Shown: positions 8,225 through 16,868, counted from the stretch's first letter. The stretch is DNA of 35,405 bases from Acidimicrobiia bacterium (GCA_963854565.1 CAWKZT010000002.1:1-35405); one strand, 5' to 3'. Program-made: numbers and translations. The notes: generated by a model not told the origin, from the sequence alone.

Positions 8225-9592
8225 TTAGGTGAGGGCTTGTTTGTAGGTCTGGAGGGCACGGGTTCTGGCGTTGGCATGGTCGACCATCGGCACTGGGTAG
8301 GTGTCTCCTAGAACCACTCCGGCTGTCGCCAGCATGCTGGGATCGGTGCTGTGAGGATGGTGGATGGCTGAAGGGGGAAGGGCGGACAGTTCTGGTACCC
8401 AGCGCCGGACGTAGTCGCCCTGGGGGTCGAATTTCTGCGCCTGAGTGGTGGGGTTGAACACGCGGAAGTAAGGGGCGGCGTCGGGCCCGGTTCCGGCGAC
8501 CCACTGCCAGTTGCCCGCGTTCTGGGCCATATCGGCGTCGACGAGATGATGGCGAAAGAATCGTTCCCCTTGGCGCCAGTCGATGAGCAGATCTTTGACC
8601 AGAAAGCTGGCGCAGATCATCCGTACCCGGTTGTGCATCCACCCGGTCGTGGTCAACTGACGCATCCCGGCGTCGACGATTGGATAGCCAGTCTGACCGG
8701 TGCACCAGCGTTGGAAACCGTCTGGATCGTCGCGCCACGCGATGTTGTCGTATTGCGGCTTGAGAGCCACGTCGGGGAGATCGGGACGCAGGGTGAGGGT
8801 GTGGTTCCACCAGTCTCGCCAGGCCAGTTGGCGAACGAACGCGGCCCGGCCCGGCGTTTGAGTGCCGACGATGTCAACGAGGGTGCGGGCGGCGAGGGTG
8901 CCGAACTTTAGGTCGGCTGAGAGTTCGGAGGTACCGGGCATAGCGGGCAGGTCGCGAGTATCGGGGTAGTCGTCGACGTGATCGAGCCAACTGGTGACCC
9001 GCTCCCACGCTCCGGATTCTCCGGGTGACTGGTAGATCGGTCCTTCGGTGCGGGGGAGCGGTTCGCTCGATATGGCAACGGGTCGGCCTGGACCCGGTGA
9101 CGGCCACGCGGCAAATGGGGCCGCGGTCCAAGCCTTGTAGAAGGGTGTGAAGACCTGGGACAGGGTGCCCTTCTTGGTGAGCACGGCACCGGGTTGATGC
9201 ACTGTGACACCATTGAAGCCATGCGTCGGAATCGTCAGGGCATGGGCTACGGCCTCGTCCCTTTCGACGGAGAAGGGGGTGGCGTCGACGTTGAAGTAGA
9301 CCGCCGAGGCTTCACAGTCTGCGACCAGGGTCGGGACGGCCGATGTTGCGGGGCCACAACGAACAACGAGACCCCCGCCGAGACCTTTCAGTTGCTGGTC
9401 AAGTGCATCGAGATGTGCGAGGAGTTGATCGCGACGGATTTGTCCTGCCGCGTCTATCAGTCTGGGCTCGAGGACGAACAAGGCAATGACCTCGTTATGA
9501 GCCGACGTTGCGGCTGCCCACGCGGGGTTGTCGTCGAGGCGAAGGTCTCGCCGGAACCACACCACGCCCGGTCTTGGATTGGAACCGTCCAC
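8225..9592 (-). CDS. phr: Deoxyribodipyrimidine photo-lyase (class I CPD photolyase type)
   Basis: 455-aa ORF with VWFRRDLRLDDNPAW at the N-terminus and the FAD-binding blocks TGYPIVDAGMRQL, GWMHNRVRMICASFLVKDLLIDWR, DADMAQNAGNWQWVAGTGPDAAPYFRVFNP and KFDPQGDYVRRWVPEL. GTG start; no obvious SD. Confidence 0.92.
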   Translation of the reverse strand: MDGSNPRPGVVWFRRDLRLDDNPAWAAATSAHNEVIALFVLEPRLIDAAGQIRRDQLLAHLDALDQQLKGLGGGLVVRCGPATSAVPTLVADCEASAVYFNVDATPFSVERDEAVAHALTIPTHGFNGVTVHQPGAVLTKKGTLSQVFTPFYKAWTAAPFAAWPSPGPGRPVAISSEPLPRTEGPIYQSPGESGAWERVTSWLDHVDDYPDTRDLPAMPGTSELSADLKFGTLAARTLVDIVGTQTPGRAAFVRQLAWRDWWNHTLTLRPDLPDVALKPQYDNIAWRDDPDGFQRWCTGQTGYPIVDAGMRQLTTTGWMHNRVRMICASFLVKDLLIDWRQGERFFRHHLVDADMAQNAGNWQWVAGTGPDAAPYFRVFNPTTQAQKFDPQGDYVRRWVPELSALPPSAIHHPHSTDPSMLATAGVVLGDTYPVPMVDHANARTRALQTYKQALT

Positions 9593-9866
9593 GGACCCAG
9601 TATGAAGTGCGCACGGACAAATAACGTCTTTGGGCCAGATGTATTTGGATGGGACCGGGATAGAACTTGGCTATGGCCCGTTAGCTCGCTCACATCTGCG
9701 ATCCGAAACCAGCGACTGCGACCCCACCGCGCTCCCGGAAACAAGTCCGGACAGATGCGAGGGGTCATGACCATCATCTACATAGACGAGGGCATGCAGA
9801 TTAAGCGGGCCGAGAATACGTTTCAGCAGAACGATCATGCATCTTTTTGTCCACAGACTTTGGCCG

Positions 9867-9928
9867 GTGGCCCTGCTGCCGGGCCACTCAATCCGGTTCT
9901 TTATACGACGAAGAGCTAGACGTCGTAT
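9867..9928 (-). terminator. Two hairpins downstream of sufR (candidate terminators)
   Basis: ATACGACG-N10-CGTCGTAT (9903-9928) and GTGGCCC-N7-GGGCCAC (9867-9887) lie 19-80 nt after the sufR stop. Neither has a clear U-tract. Confidence 0.35.
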
Positions 9929-9946
9929 GGATTTCTAGCCGGATTT

Positions 9947-10582
9947 TTAGGGGAAGAGAATTTCGTAGGAACAGGTGTGCGCCCCGGCGGTCTTGTGGGT
10001 CACCCTGTCGACTTTTGCATCGGGCATGAGGTCGCGAATGAACTCGAGTTCGGTGGTGCACGCCTGTGTGTAGAGGCTGGCAACGGCCCATATGGGGCAA
10101 CTGTGAAGGTTGATCCGATACTGGTTGTGGTCCGGCTTCTCGCAGTCAGCGAGGAACCCCTGTTCATCGAGCAACTTGGTTAGGACGCTGACACGTTGGG
10201 CGGTCGACTTGCCGATCAGTTGGTCTTGCGCTTTCTCGACGAGGCGGAGCCGGCGCCGCTCGAATATTCGGTTCACGAGTTCGGGGTCTTCTTCTTCGAT
10301 GTGTTCGAGGAGTTCGACGGAGAGGCTGCTGTCGGTCGTGACAAAGAGTAGTTCGGCGCGGTCGGTGGTTTGGTAGCGGTCGGCCGGGCGTCCGGGTTGG
10401 CCTCGGTCTTGCGTAGCGGTGATGAGGTCGGCGGATCGCAGGGCCCTCAGGTGTTGGCGAACTGCGCTGGAAGAGATTTCGAGGGTGTCGGCGAGTTCTT
10501 CAGCCGTTGCGCTGCCACTGCGTTTTAGTGCAGTGAGCACCCGGCGCTGGGTCGGTGAAGGTGCAGCACTGGTGGTGAGCAT
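9947..10582 (-). CDS. sufR: SufR-like ArsR/DeoR-type winged-helix regulator with a C-terminal Cys cluster
   Basis: The start is chosen at MLTTSAAPSPTQRRVLTALKRSGSATAEELADTL...AVRQHLRAL (wHTH). The C-terminus carries C-x14-C-x12-C...C (CEKPD..HSCPIW..QACTT..HTCSY). It is divergent from a suf operon. The longer ORF to 10699 would swallow the promoter region. Confidence 0.7.
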   Translation of the reverse strand: MLTTSAAPSPTQRRVLTALKRSGSATAEELADTLEISSSAVRQHLRALRSADLITATQDRGQPGRPADRYQTTDRAELLFVTTDSSLSVELLEHIEEEDPELVNRIFERRRLRLVEKAQDQLIGKSTAQRVSVLTKLLDEQGFLADCEKPDHNQYRINLHSCPIWAVASLYTQACTTELEFIRDLMPDAKVDRVTHKTAGAHTCSYEILFP

Positions 10583-10603
10583 TTGTCGATCGTAGCATGT
10601 CCA

Positions 10604-10663
10604 GATAGTTCGATAGTTTCGCAACTTGGAACTACCAAAACGGTGGTATATTAAACGCCACCG
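10604..10663 (+). promoter_or_regulatory. Candidate suf promoter/operator region
   Basis: There is a direct repeat GATAGTTcGATAGTT (10604-10618). A -35-like TTGGAA (10626-10631) and a -10-like TATATT (10647-10652) are present. The -10 sits in the loop of the inverted repeat CGGTGG-N11-CCACCG (10641-10663). Confidence 0.3.
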
Positions 10664-10717
10664 AAGCACCAATAATGCAAGACCACAGGCTGTGACCACA
10701 GCAGGGAGAAGATCACC

Positions 10718-10984
10718 ATGAAAGTCTGGATCGACCAGGATCTCTGCACCGGAGATGGCCTGTGTGAAGAGATCGCCCCCGATGTGTTCTTCGGAAGGGA
10801 CGACGGGCTCTTCTACGTGAAGGAGTCTGAGGAAAACTTTGGGGAAGAGAAACTGTTCGATGGCACAGCCAACCCGGCGGCCGCCGATGGAATGGCTCGG
10901 ATACCTGACGGTGGCCTAGAAGGGGTCATCGAGGCGGCAGAGGAATGCCCCGGCGAGTGCATCTTCATCGAAGTCGACGCGTAA
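10718..10984 (+). CDS. Small ferredoxin (single-cluster, C-x2-D-x2-C ... CP type)
   Basis: 88-aa ORF with MKVWIDQDLCTGDGLCEEIAPDVF and C-terminal ECPGECIFIE. SD GGGAGAAG lies upstream. Confidence 0.8.
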   Translation: MKVWIDQDLCTGDGLCEEIAPDVFFGRDDGLFYVKESEENFGEEKLFDGTANPAAADGMARIPDGGLEGVIEAAEECPGECIFIEVDA

Positions 10985-11066
10985 TCACGAGTCCAGACCC
11001 CAACGCTGCGGGCATGTCGCAGCGAACCAATCACACCCGTACTGAAGCCAACGAAAGACAAGAGCG

Positions 11067-11417
11067 ATGACAACGACCGAACTGGAAACGCAACCGCCGA
11101 TCGCGCTGAGCGCCGAGGCAATAGCCAAGGTGACTGAGCTCTTGGCCGACGAGGGCGAACCAGATCTCGGGCTTCGGGTGGCAGTGCGCCCGGGTGGATG
11201 TTCGGGTTTCTCCTATGAGATGTTCTTCGATTCCGCTGAGAGCGCTGATGATCACGTCGCCAACTTCGGGCCGGTCACGGTCCGAGTCGACGCAGCCAGC
11301 GCGCCGCACCTTGCCGGCGCAACGCTGAACTACAGCGACGGCCTCCAGGGCGCCGGATTCAGCGTCGAGAACCCCAACGCCCAACGCAGTTGTGGATGCG
11401 GGCAGTCGTTCAGCTGA
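11067..11417 (+). CDS. sufA: HesB/IscA-family A-type Fe-S carrier
   Basis: 116-aa ORF with [11 protein letters not shown] and the C-terminal CGCGQSFS signature. Its stop overlaps the sufB ATG by 1 nt. Confidence 0.85.
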   Translation: MTTTELETQPPIALSAEAIAKVTELLADEGEPDLGLRVAVRPGGCSGFSYEMFFDSAESADDHVANFGPVTVRVDAASAPHLAGATLNYSDGLQGAGFSVENPNAQRSCGCGQSFS

Positions 11418-12859
11418 TGAGTGAAGCACTTCGTGAAATTAAAGAACTGACCGATGCGGCCTACGAGTACGGCTTCAGCACCGATCTTGACACCGATATT
11501 GCTCCCCCCGGTCTGACCGAGGACACAGTACGGCTGATCTCCGGGAAGAAAGACGAGCCCGAGTGGCTACTCGAGTGGCGCCTCAAGGCCTTCAAGGCCT
11601 GGCAATCGATGGATGAGCCCGATTGGGCCAAGCTCGAGATTCAACCCATCGACTACCAGTCGCTCAGCTACTGGGCCGCGCCGACGAGCAAGCCGGTGCT
11701 TGACAGCATGGACGACGTGGATCCCGATATTCGCGACATGTTCGACAAGCTCGGGATTCCCTTGCACGAACAGAAGATGCTCAGCAACGTCGCAGTCGAT
11801 GCGATCGTTGATTCAGTTTCAGTAACCACGACCTTCAAGAAGACGTTGGCCGAGGCCGGCGTCATCTTCTGCTCGTTCTCCGAAGCGGTGCAGGATCATC
11901 CTGAACTGGTGCGCGAGCACCTGGGCTCGGTCGTGCCGGTGCGCGACAACTACTTCGCGGCCCTTAACTCCGCAGTCTTCTCCGACGGATCGTTTTGCTA
12001 CATCCCAGCTGGGGTTCGATGTCCGATGGAGTTGTCGACCTACTTCCGGATCAACGCCGAGAACACCGGGCAGTTCGAGCGCACGCTCATCATTGCGGAG
12101 GAAGATTCCCACGTCTCCTACCTCGAGGGGTGCACGGCGCCTCAACGCGACGAGAACCAGCTCCATGCCGCTGTGGTCGAGTTGGTGGCCAAGGATCGAT
12201 CCGAGATCAAGTACTCGACGGTACAGAACTGGTACCCGGGCGACGAGAACGGCGTAGGTGGCATCTATAACTTCGTCACCAAGCGAGGTCGGGCCCACAC
12301 CGAGGCCAAGATCTCCTGGACCCAGGTCGAGACCGGTTCGGCCATCACATGGAAATACCCCAGCGTGATCCTCCAAGGCGATCGATCTATCGGCGAGTTT
12401 TACTCTGTGGCACTGTCGACAAAACGTCAGCAAGCCGACACCGGCACCAAGATGATCCACATCGGTGCCGACACAACCAGCAGCATCATCTCGAAAGGCA
12501 TCTCGGCGGCGCGCGGCCAGAACACCTACCGAGGACTCGTCAAGGTGCTGCGATCGGCGGAGAATGCCCGCAACTACACCCAGTGCGACTCCTTGCTTAT
12601 CGGCAAAGAGTGTGGTGCTCACACGATTCCCTACATCGAAGTGAAGAACCCAAGCGCCCAAGTCGAACACGAAGCGTCGACGTCCACGGTGGGCGAGGAC
12701 CAACTGTATTACTGCCGCCAACGCGGCATGACCGAAGAGGATGCCATGTCGATGATCGTTAACGGATTTTGCCGCGAAGTGTTCGACGAACTCCCCATGG
12801 AGTTCGCCGTCGAAGCGCAACGACTCCTGAGTGTGAGCCTGGAAGGAAGTGTCGGCTGA
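11417..12859 (+). CDS. sufB: Fe-S cluster assembly protein SufB
   Basis: 480 aa from the ATG at 11417. It shows typical SufB blocks ([64 protein letters not shown]...RG). Start and stop are coupled to the neighbours by TGATG. Confidence 0.95.
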   Translation: MSEALREIKELTDAAYEYGFSTDLDTDIAPPGLTEDTVRLISGKKDEPEWLLEWRLKAFKAWQSMDEPDWAKLEIQPIDYQSLSYWAAPTSKPVLDSMDDVDPDIRDMFDKLGIPLHEQKMLSNVAVDAIVDSVSVTTTFKKTLAEAGVIFCSFSEAVQDHPELVREHLGSVVPVRDNYFAALNSAVFSDGSFCYIPAGVRCPMELSTYFRINAENTGQFERTLIIAEEDSHVSYLEGCTAPQRDENQLHAAVVELVAKDRSEIKYSTVQNWYPGDENGVGGIYNFVTKRGRAHTEAKISWTQVETGSAITWKYPSVILQGDRSIGEFYSVALSTKRQQADTGTKMIHIGADTTSSIISKGISAARGQNTYRGLVKVLRSAENARNYTQCDSLLIGKECGAHTIPYIEVKNPSAQVEHEASTSTVGEDQLYYCRQRGMTEEDAMSMIVNGFCREVFDELPMEFAVEAQRLLSVSLEGSVG

Positions 12860-13644
12860 TGTTGCACGTCAACAATCTCACCGCCTCAATCGGCGGAACA
12901 CCGATCCTCAACGGACTGGACCTCAATGTCGGGTCGGGCGAGGTTCACGCCATCATGGGCCCCAACGGTTCGGGTAAGAGCACCTTTGCCCACGCATTAG
13001 CTGGCCGAGACGGCTACGAGATCGCCGGAACGGCCACCCTTGACGGGGTCAATCTGCTTGACATGGAGCCTGAAGCGCGCGCCGCGGCTGGCTTATTTAT
13101 CGGTTTTCAGTACCCGGTGGAGATCCCGGGTGTGAACAACATGTACTTCTTGCGCACCGCGTTGAACTCGGTGCGACGGGCCCGCGGCGAGACCGAGATT
13201 GGTGCGCGCGACTTCTTGTCCGTTGCCCAAGAAGCGATGGATCTCGTGGAGATGAAGCAGGACTTCCTCCATCGTGCCGTCAATGCCGGGTTTAGTGGCG
13301 GTGAGAAGAAGCGCAACGAGATACTGCAGATGGCGGTGATGGAACCGCGCCTGGCCGTGCTCGATGAGACCGACTCGGGTCTCGATATCGATGCCCTGCG
13401 CATCGTTGCTTCTGGGGTCAACGCACTGCGAGGGCCCGAGCGCTCCATGATCGTGATCACGCACTACCAGCGACTGCTCAACTACATCAAGCCGGACTTC
13501 GTGCACGTTTTGGTCGATGGCCAGATCGTCAAGTCGGGTGATCATACGCTTGCATTACATCTCGAAGACCATGGGTACGCCGACTTCGTCAACCACGATC
13601 TAGATGATGCCCCCGAGCGTCCCCTCTCCGGAGCGGTGCGGTGA
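12859..13644 (+). CDS. sufC: Fe-S cluster assembly ATPase SufC
   Basis: Walker A GPNGSGKST, ABC signature FSGGEKKR and Walker B LAVLDETDSGLD. The ATG at 12859 overlaps the sufB stop. Confidence 0.95.
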   Translation: MLHVNNLTASIGGTPILNGLDLNVGSGEVHAIMGPNGSGKSTFAHALAGRDGYEIAGTATLDGVNLLDMEPEARAAAGLFIGFQYPVEIPGVNNMYFLRTALNSVRRARGETEIGARDFLSVAQEAMDLVEMKQDFLHRAVNAGFSGGEKKRNEILQMAVMEPRLAVLDETDSGLDIDALRIVASGVNALRGPERSMIVITHYQRLLNYIKPDFVHVLVDGQIVKSGDHTLALHLEDHGYADFVNHDLDDAPERPLSGAVR

Positions 13645-14864
13645 CCGCAACCTCAACGGCGGATCATCAAGAAATTATTGCGGGGCTCACGTACCCAACC
13701 AAGCGCGACGAAGCGTGGCGGTATGCGCCCCACGATGTGCTCGGCCAGTTGTCGTTCGGCCCTTCGGTCGAGTCGATTCGTCAGCTTCCTCTGGCTCTCG
13801 ATGCGAACATCCCGGCACTCGACGGACCGCGCATCGTTTTGGTGAACGGCGTTGTCGACCTTGGGCGATCAGAGCTTGACGCTCTGCCAGCTGGTTTGCG
13901 TCTGTCGACCTTCGACGACGCACGGCGCGACCAACCCGAAAAGCTGGCGGTGCACTTCGAAAACGACGCGGATCTGGCCACGAATACATTCACGGCCATC
14001 AACAAGGCGTTCGGCCACAACGGCGCCGTTGTCCAGGTCGCCAGCAGCCATGCCATTGAGGTACCGATCCAAATTGTCGACATAGCGCTGTCTGACGTGC
14101 CAGCAACAGCGTCATGTAGCGGCTTGATAATCCACCTCGAAGAGGGAGCGTCGGCAACCGTTGTCGAGACGAGAATCGGACACGGCGACTTCGGCGGCTC
14201 GAACACCCGCACAACGATCACGCTTGGCGACCAGGCGTCGCTCACTCACATCGTGCTTCAGGACGTCGCATCCACACAGGTTCATCTGGGGCGCATCGAG
14301 GCCACGCAAGGCGCCGGGAGCGTGCTGCGCTCCCACTTGTTCAACCTCGGTGGCAGGTACGGCCGGGTCGACTACGACGTGCGCCTCGCCGGCGAAGGCG
14401 CAAGGGTTGAACTGACGGGCTTGTACTTCGGTATGGGCAACCAGGTCCTCGATCAGCAGGTCACCGTCGTGCATGCGGCACCGGACTGTACAAGTCGTCA
14501 ATCGTTCCGTGGCATCCTCGACGATGAGAGCACTGGCGTGTTCAATGGCGGGATCGACGTGCGCCCTGGAGCTGATGGCACCGATGCCGAGCAGTCCAAC
14601 GACAACCTTTTGCTGTCGGACCGTTCCGAGGCCAACACCCAACCTCGGCTCGAGATTCTCGCCGACGAGGTCGTCTGTAAACACGGCGCAACCGTCGGCC
14701 AGCTAGACGGCGATGCCCTCTACTATCTGCGCACCCGCGGCATTCCCGAGGCCGAGGCTCGCCGACTCCTAATCGGAGGATTTGCCGACCAAGCCGTCGA
14801 CGCCGTCGACGACGAGATCCTGAGGATCTGGATCACTGAACGACTGCAGCGCCACGATGCCTGA
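13641..14864 (+). CDS. sufD: Fe-S cluster assembly protein SufD
   Basis: The 407-aa ORF has a C-terminal half with the SufB/D beta-helix blocks (NLLLSD.SEANT.P.LEI.ADEV.C.HGATVG..D...LYYL..RGI). The GTG start overlaps the sufC stop (GTGA). Confidence 0.9.
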   Translation: MTATSTADHQEIIAGLTYPTKRDEAWRYAPHDVLGQLSFGPSVESIRQLPLALDANIPALDGPRIVLVNGVVDLGRSELDALPAGLRLSTFDDARRDQPEKLAVHFENDADLATNTFTAINKAFGHNGAVVQVASSHAIEVPIQIVDIALSDVPATASCSGLIIHLEEGASATVVETRIGHGDFGGSNTRTTITLGDQASLTHIVLQDVASTQVHLGRIEATQGAGSVLRSHLFNLGGRYGRVDYDVRLAGEGARVELTGLYFGMGNQVLDQQVTVVHAAPDCTSRQSFRGILDDESTGVFNGGIDVRPGADGTDAEQSNDNLLLSDRSEANTQPRLEILADEVVCKHGATVGQLDGDALYYLRTRGIPEAEARRLLIGGFADQAVDAVDDEILRIWITERLQRHDA

Positions 14865-15441
14865 ACAACGCGAAATGCGCGAACAACCGGTAGATATCGC
14901 CTCGACGCGAGCGTTCTTCCTCCCCCGTGAATGCGAGGTAACAATCGTTCCCGCCGGACACCGGGTCACCCTCGCCGAAGGCGAACGCGTCAAGGTGCTC
15001 CAGGCCCTCGGCGGAACCGCTACTGTCACCACCAGCAATGGCGAGATGGCGCGACTTAGCCCGCAGGACTCGATCGACTTCGGCTTCATACGGGAACGCA
15101 CTCCACGCGAAGTTGAAGAGGGATTGACGTTCGACATCGCCTTGGTGTGGGAAGCCGCCACCACGGTTTATGACCCTGAGATACCTGTCGACATCGTTGA
15201 ACTGGGCCTCATCTACCGGGTTGAGGCTGATGAGTTGCCCAACGGTGAATGGGTGGTGGATATCGACATGTCGGTCACCGCACCGTTCTGTGGCATGGGC
15301 GACATATTGCGCCAAGACCTCCACGATGCCGTAGCGGCATTGCCTGGAGTGTCGGCGGTCAACGTCACCCTGGTCTTTGACCCTCCGTGGGACGCATCGC
15401 GCCTTTCCGATGTCGCCCGCCTCGAAATGGGAATGATGTGA
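14857..15441 (+). CDS. sufT: SufT-like Fe-S assembly protein (N-terminal extension plus DUF59 domain)
   Basis: 194-aa ORF with a DUF59 core: VYDPEIPVDIVELGLIY...MSVTAPFCGMG...V.LVFDPPW. It overlaps the sufD stop by 8 nt. Confidence 0.75.
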   Translation: MPEQREMREQPVDIASTRAFFLPRECEVTIVPAGHRVTLAEGERVKVLQALGGTATVTTSNGEMARLSPQDSIDFGFIRERTPREVEEGLTFDIALVWEAATTVYDPEIPVDIVELGLIYRVEADELPNGEWVVDIDMSVTAPFCGMGDILRQDLHDAVAALPGVSAVNVTLVFDPPWDASRLSDVARLEMGMM

Positions 15442-15830
15442 CCGAACCAACAACGGTGCCTCGGCCGCAGGTATCGAGCCCGGAACTGGTTGGTGATGAT
15501 CTCGATTCGGTGGCCATCACAAATGCGCTGCGCGGTGTCATCGACCCATAACTCGGCGACAATGTTGTCGACCTAGGCCTGGTCAAACGACTCGAACGCA
15601 GTGCTGACGGCGCTGTCCACGTCACGACTTCACTCTGGCTGTCCGCTGCGAGCGCAACTCATGCGCGACGCGAAGGCCAGAGTGGGGTCGCTTCCGGGAA
15701 TCGAAACCGTCAAGATTCATTTTGGTGAGATGACCTCCGATGAACGCAGTGACGTGATGTCACGGGCCCGCTGGAAAGCGCGTGACAATGCCGTGCAGAC
15801 CGACATCCCGGCTACCTGTCGAATTCTCGA
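15438..15830 (+). pseudogene. mrp: Decayed mrp/apbC (only the N-terminal DUF59 part, interrupted; the P-loop ATPase domain is absent)
   Basis: A GTG at 15438 overlaps the sufT stop. The translation AITNALRGVIDP*LGDNVVDLGLVKRLERSADGAVHVTT has an in-frame TAA at 15549-15551 where Mrp proteins have Glu (DPEL). Homology then continues in the +1 frame (SGCPLRAQLMRD...PGIETVKIHFGEMTSDERSDVM...IPATCRIL). It stops at about 15828, exactly where the AVASGKGGVGKS P-loop should begin. Confidence 0.65.
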
Positions 15831-15942
15831 TGCCGCGACTGCTCGGTATCGACAGTTCGTTGTGAGACGGGTCCGTTTTTGGGACATATGTTATTCTCCG
15901 CTAGCGGTCACACGGCCGCGTTGATGATAAGGACAATTTAAC

Positions 15943-16263
15943 ATGTCAAAGTATTTGGTGACGGCCTCCTACACCGCCGAGGGCGTCAAAGGGCTGATGC
16001 AAGAAGGCGGCTCGATGCGGCTTGAGGCGGCGACAGCTGCGATCGAATCCTGCGGCGGCTCAGTGGACTGTTTCTATTACGCCTTCGGTAAGGACGATGT
16101 TGTGGGAATAGTTGACTTCCCCGATGTTGCCAGTGCAACGGCGGTGTCGCTCATGATCAACTCGACCGGTGCGGTCCATCTCCGAACCACCCCACTTATG
16201 ACCGTCGAGGAAATCGACGCCGCTGCGCAAATGACGCCCGCGTATCGCCCGCCCGGAGACTGA
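15943..16263 (+). CDS. GYD domain-containing protein
   Basis: The 106-aa ORF MSKYLVTASYTAEGVKGLMQEGGS.R......IES.GG....FYYAFG.DD.V.I.D.PD matches the GYD-family pattern. Confidence 0.75.
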   Translation: MSKYLVTASYTAEGVKGLMQEGGSMRLEAATAAIESCGGSVDCFYYAFGKDDVVGIVDFPDVASATAVSLMINSTGAVHLRTTPLMTVEEIDAAAQMTPAYRPPGD

Positions 16264-16272
16264 CTCGATCGT

Positions 16273-16307
16273 CGGACGCGAACGTACCTGAGGTGAGTTC
16301 GCGTCCG
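16273..16307 (+). terminator. Hairpin after the GYD gene
   Basis: A perfect 11-bp stem, CGGACGCGAAC / GTTCGCGTCCG, with a 13-nt loop lies 10 nt after the stop. No U-tract. Confidence 0.45.
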
Positions 16308-16442
16308 GCCACCACCACCGTCGGTGATCGAGGCGGAATCGCCACGGTAGCGGTCGCTGAGAATCTCTGAGCTCTACCAATCTTCGCGGCTGCAAGATCG
16401 CGCCGTGAACTTAACCCTGGCGCATGGTTTAGGGTCTGATCC

Positions 16443-16763
16443 ATGGACGTGACTTTGCTGTATTTCGACGACTGCCCGCGCTGGATCGTCGCTAACGAGC
16501 GACTCGACACACTCCTCGTTGAGTACCCCGGTATGTCGATCACCCGCCACGTGGTGGATACTCCCGAAGAAGCAGAACGCACCGGGTTCCGGGGCTCACC
16601 GAGCATTCTCATCAACGGGGCCGACCCGTTTGCGGGTCCTGATGATCCGGTCGGACTAGCGTGCCGCGTCTACCAGACACCCGCTGGCCTAGCCGGAGCA
16701 CCTACCGTCGATCAACTGCGCCATGCCCTCAGCAGAGGTAGTGGCGAGTCGCCGCTCGGCTAG
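16443..16763 (+). CDS. Thioredoxin-fold protein (single-Cys, glutaredoxin/DF-family-like)
   Basis: 106-aa ORF with LLYFDDCPRW...EEAERTGFRGSPSILINGADPFA...GLACRVYQT..G..GAPTVDQL, a pattern seen in small actinobacterial thioredoxin-like proteins. Confidence 0.5.
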   Translation: MDVTLLYFDDCPRWIVANERLDTLLVEYPGMSITRHVVDTPEEAERTGFRGSPSILINGADPFAGPDDPVGLACRVYQTPAGLAGAPTVDQLRHALSRGSGESPLG

Positions 16764-16811
16764 AACGGCGGGAACACGCTCCGCACAGTCGACGTAAATG
16801 CACTCGCCGCC

Positions 16812-16847
16812 GGAGGGACCGGTCCGTTGTAACAGACCGCTCCCTCC
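16812..16847. terminator. Hairpin between convergent genes (candidate bidirectional terminator)
   Basis: GGAGGGACCGGTC-N10-GACCGCTCCCTCC forms a 13-bp stem with one mismatch. It sits between the stops at 16763 (+) and 16869 (-). Confidence 0.45.
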
Positions 16848-16868
16848 AGCATGCTTATGCGGGTGGGA

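Noticed and set aside
8178-8810. 210-aa Arg/Ser/Pro-rich ORF on the minus strand, and ORF 9194-9919 (+), both overlapping the photolyase.
   Set aside because: These are alternative or antisense frames of the photolyase gene. Their composition is that of an out-of-frame translation, and no motif supports them.
9593-9777. Weak resemblance of WFRIADVSELTG (minus strand) to a MerR-type HTH upstream of the photolyase, suggesting a decayed LitR/CarH-like regulator.
   Set aside because: Only about 10 residues are similar. The downstream sequence does not continue like a MerR wing or dimerisation helix, and the frame runs into the photolyase gene. This is not supportable by eye.
9671-9838. 55-aa ORF (MIVLLKRILGPLNLHALVYVDDGHDP...) in the photolyase upstream spacer.
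   Set aside because: It has no SD, no recognisable family, and unremarkable third-position GC. It is kept only as part of the spacer finding.
15601-15924. 107-aa ORF from the track, considered as an independent gene.
   Set aside because: Its conserved part is the continuation of the Mrp DUF59 region in a shifted frame, and its tail (DAATARYRQFVVRR...) has no similarity. It is better explained as part of the mrp pseudogene.
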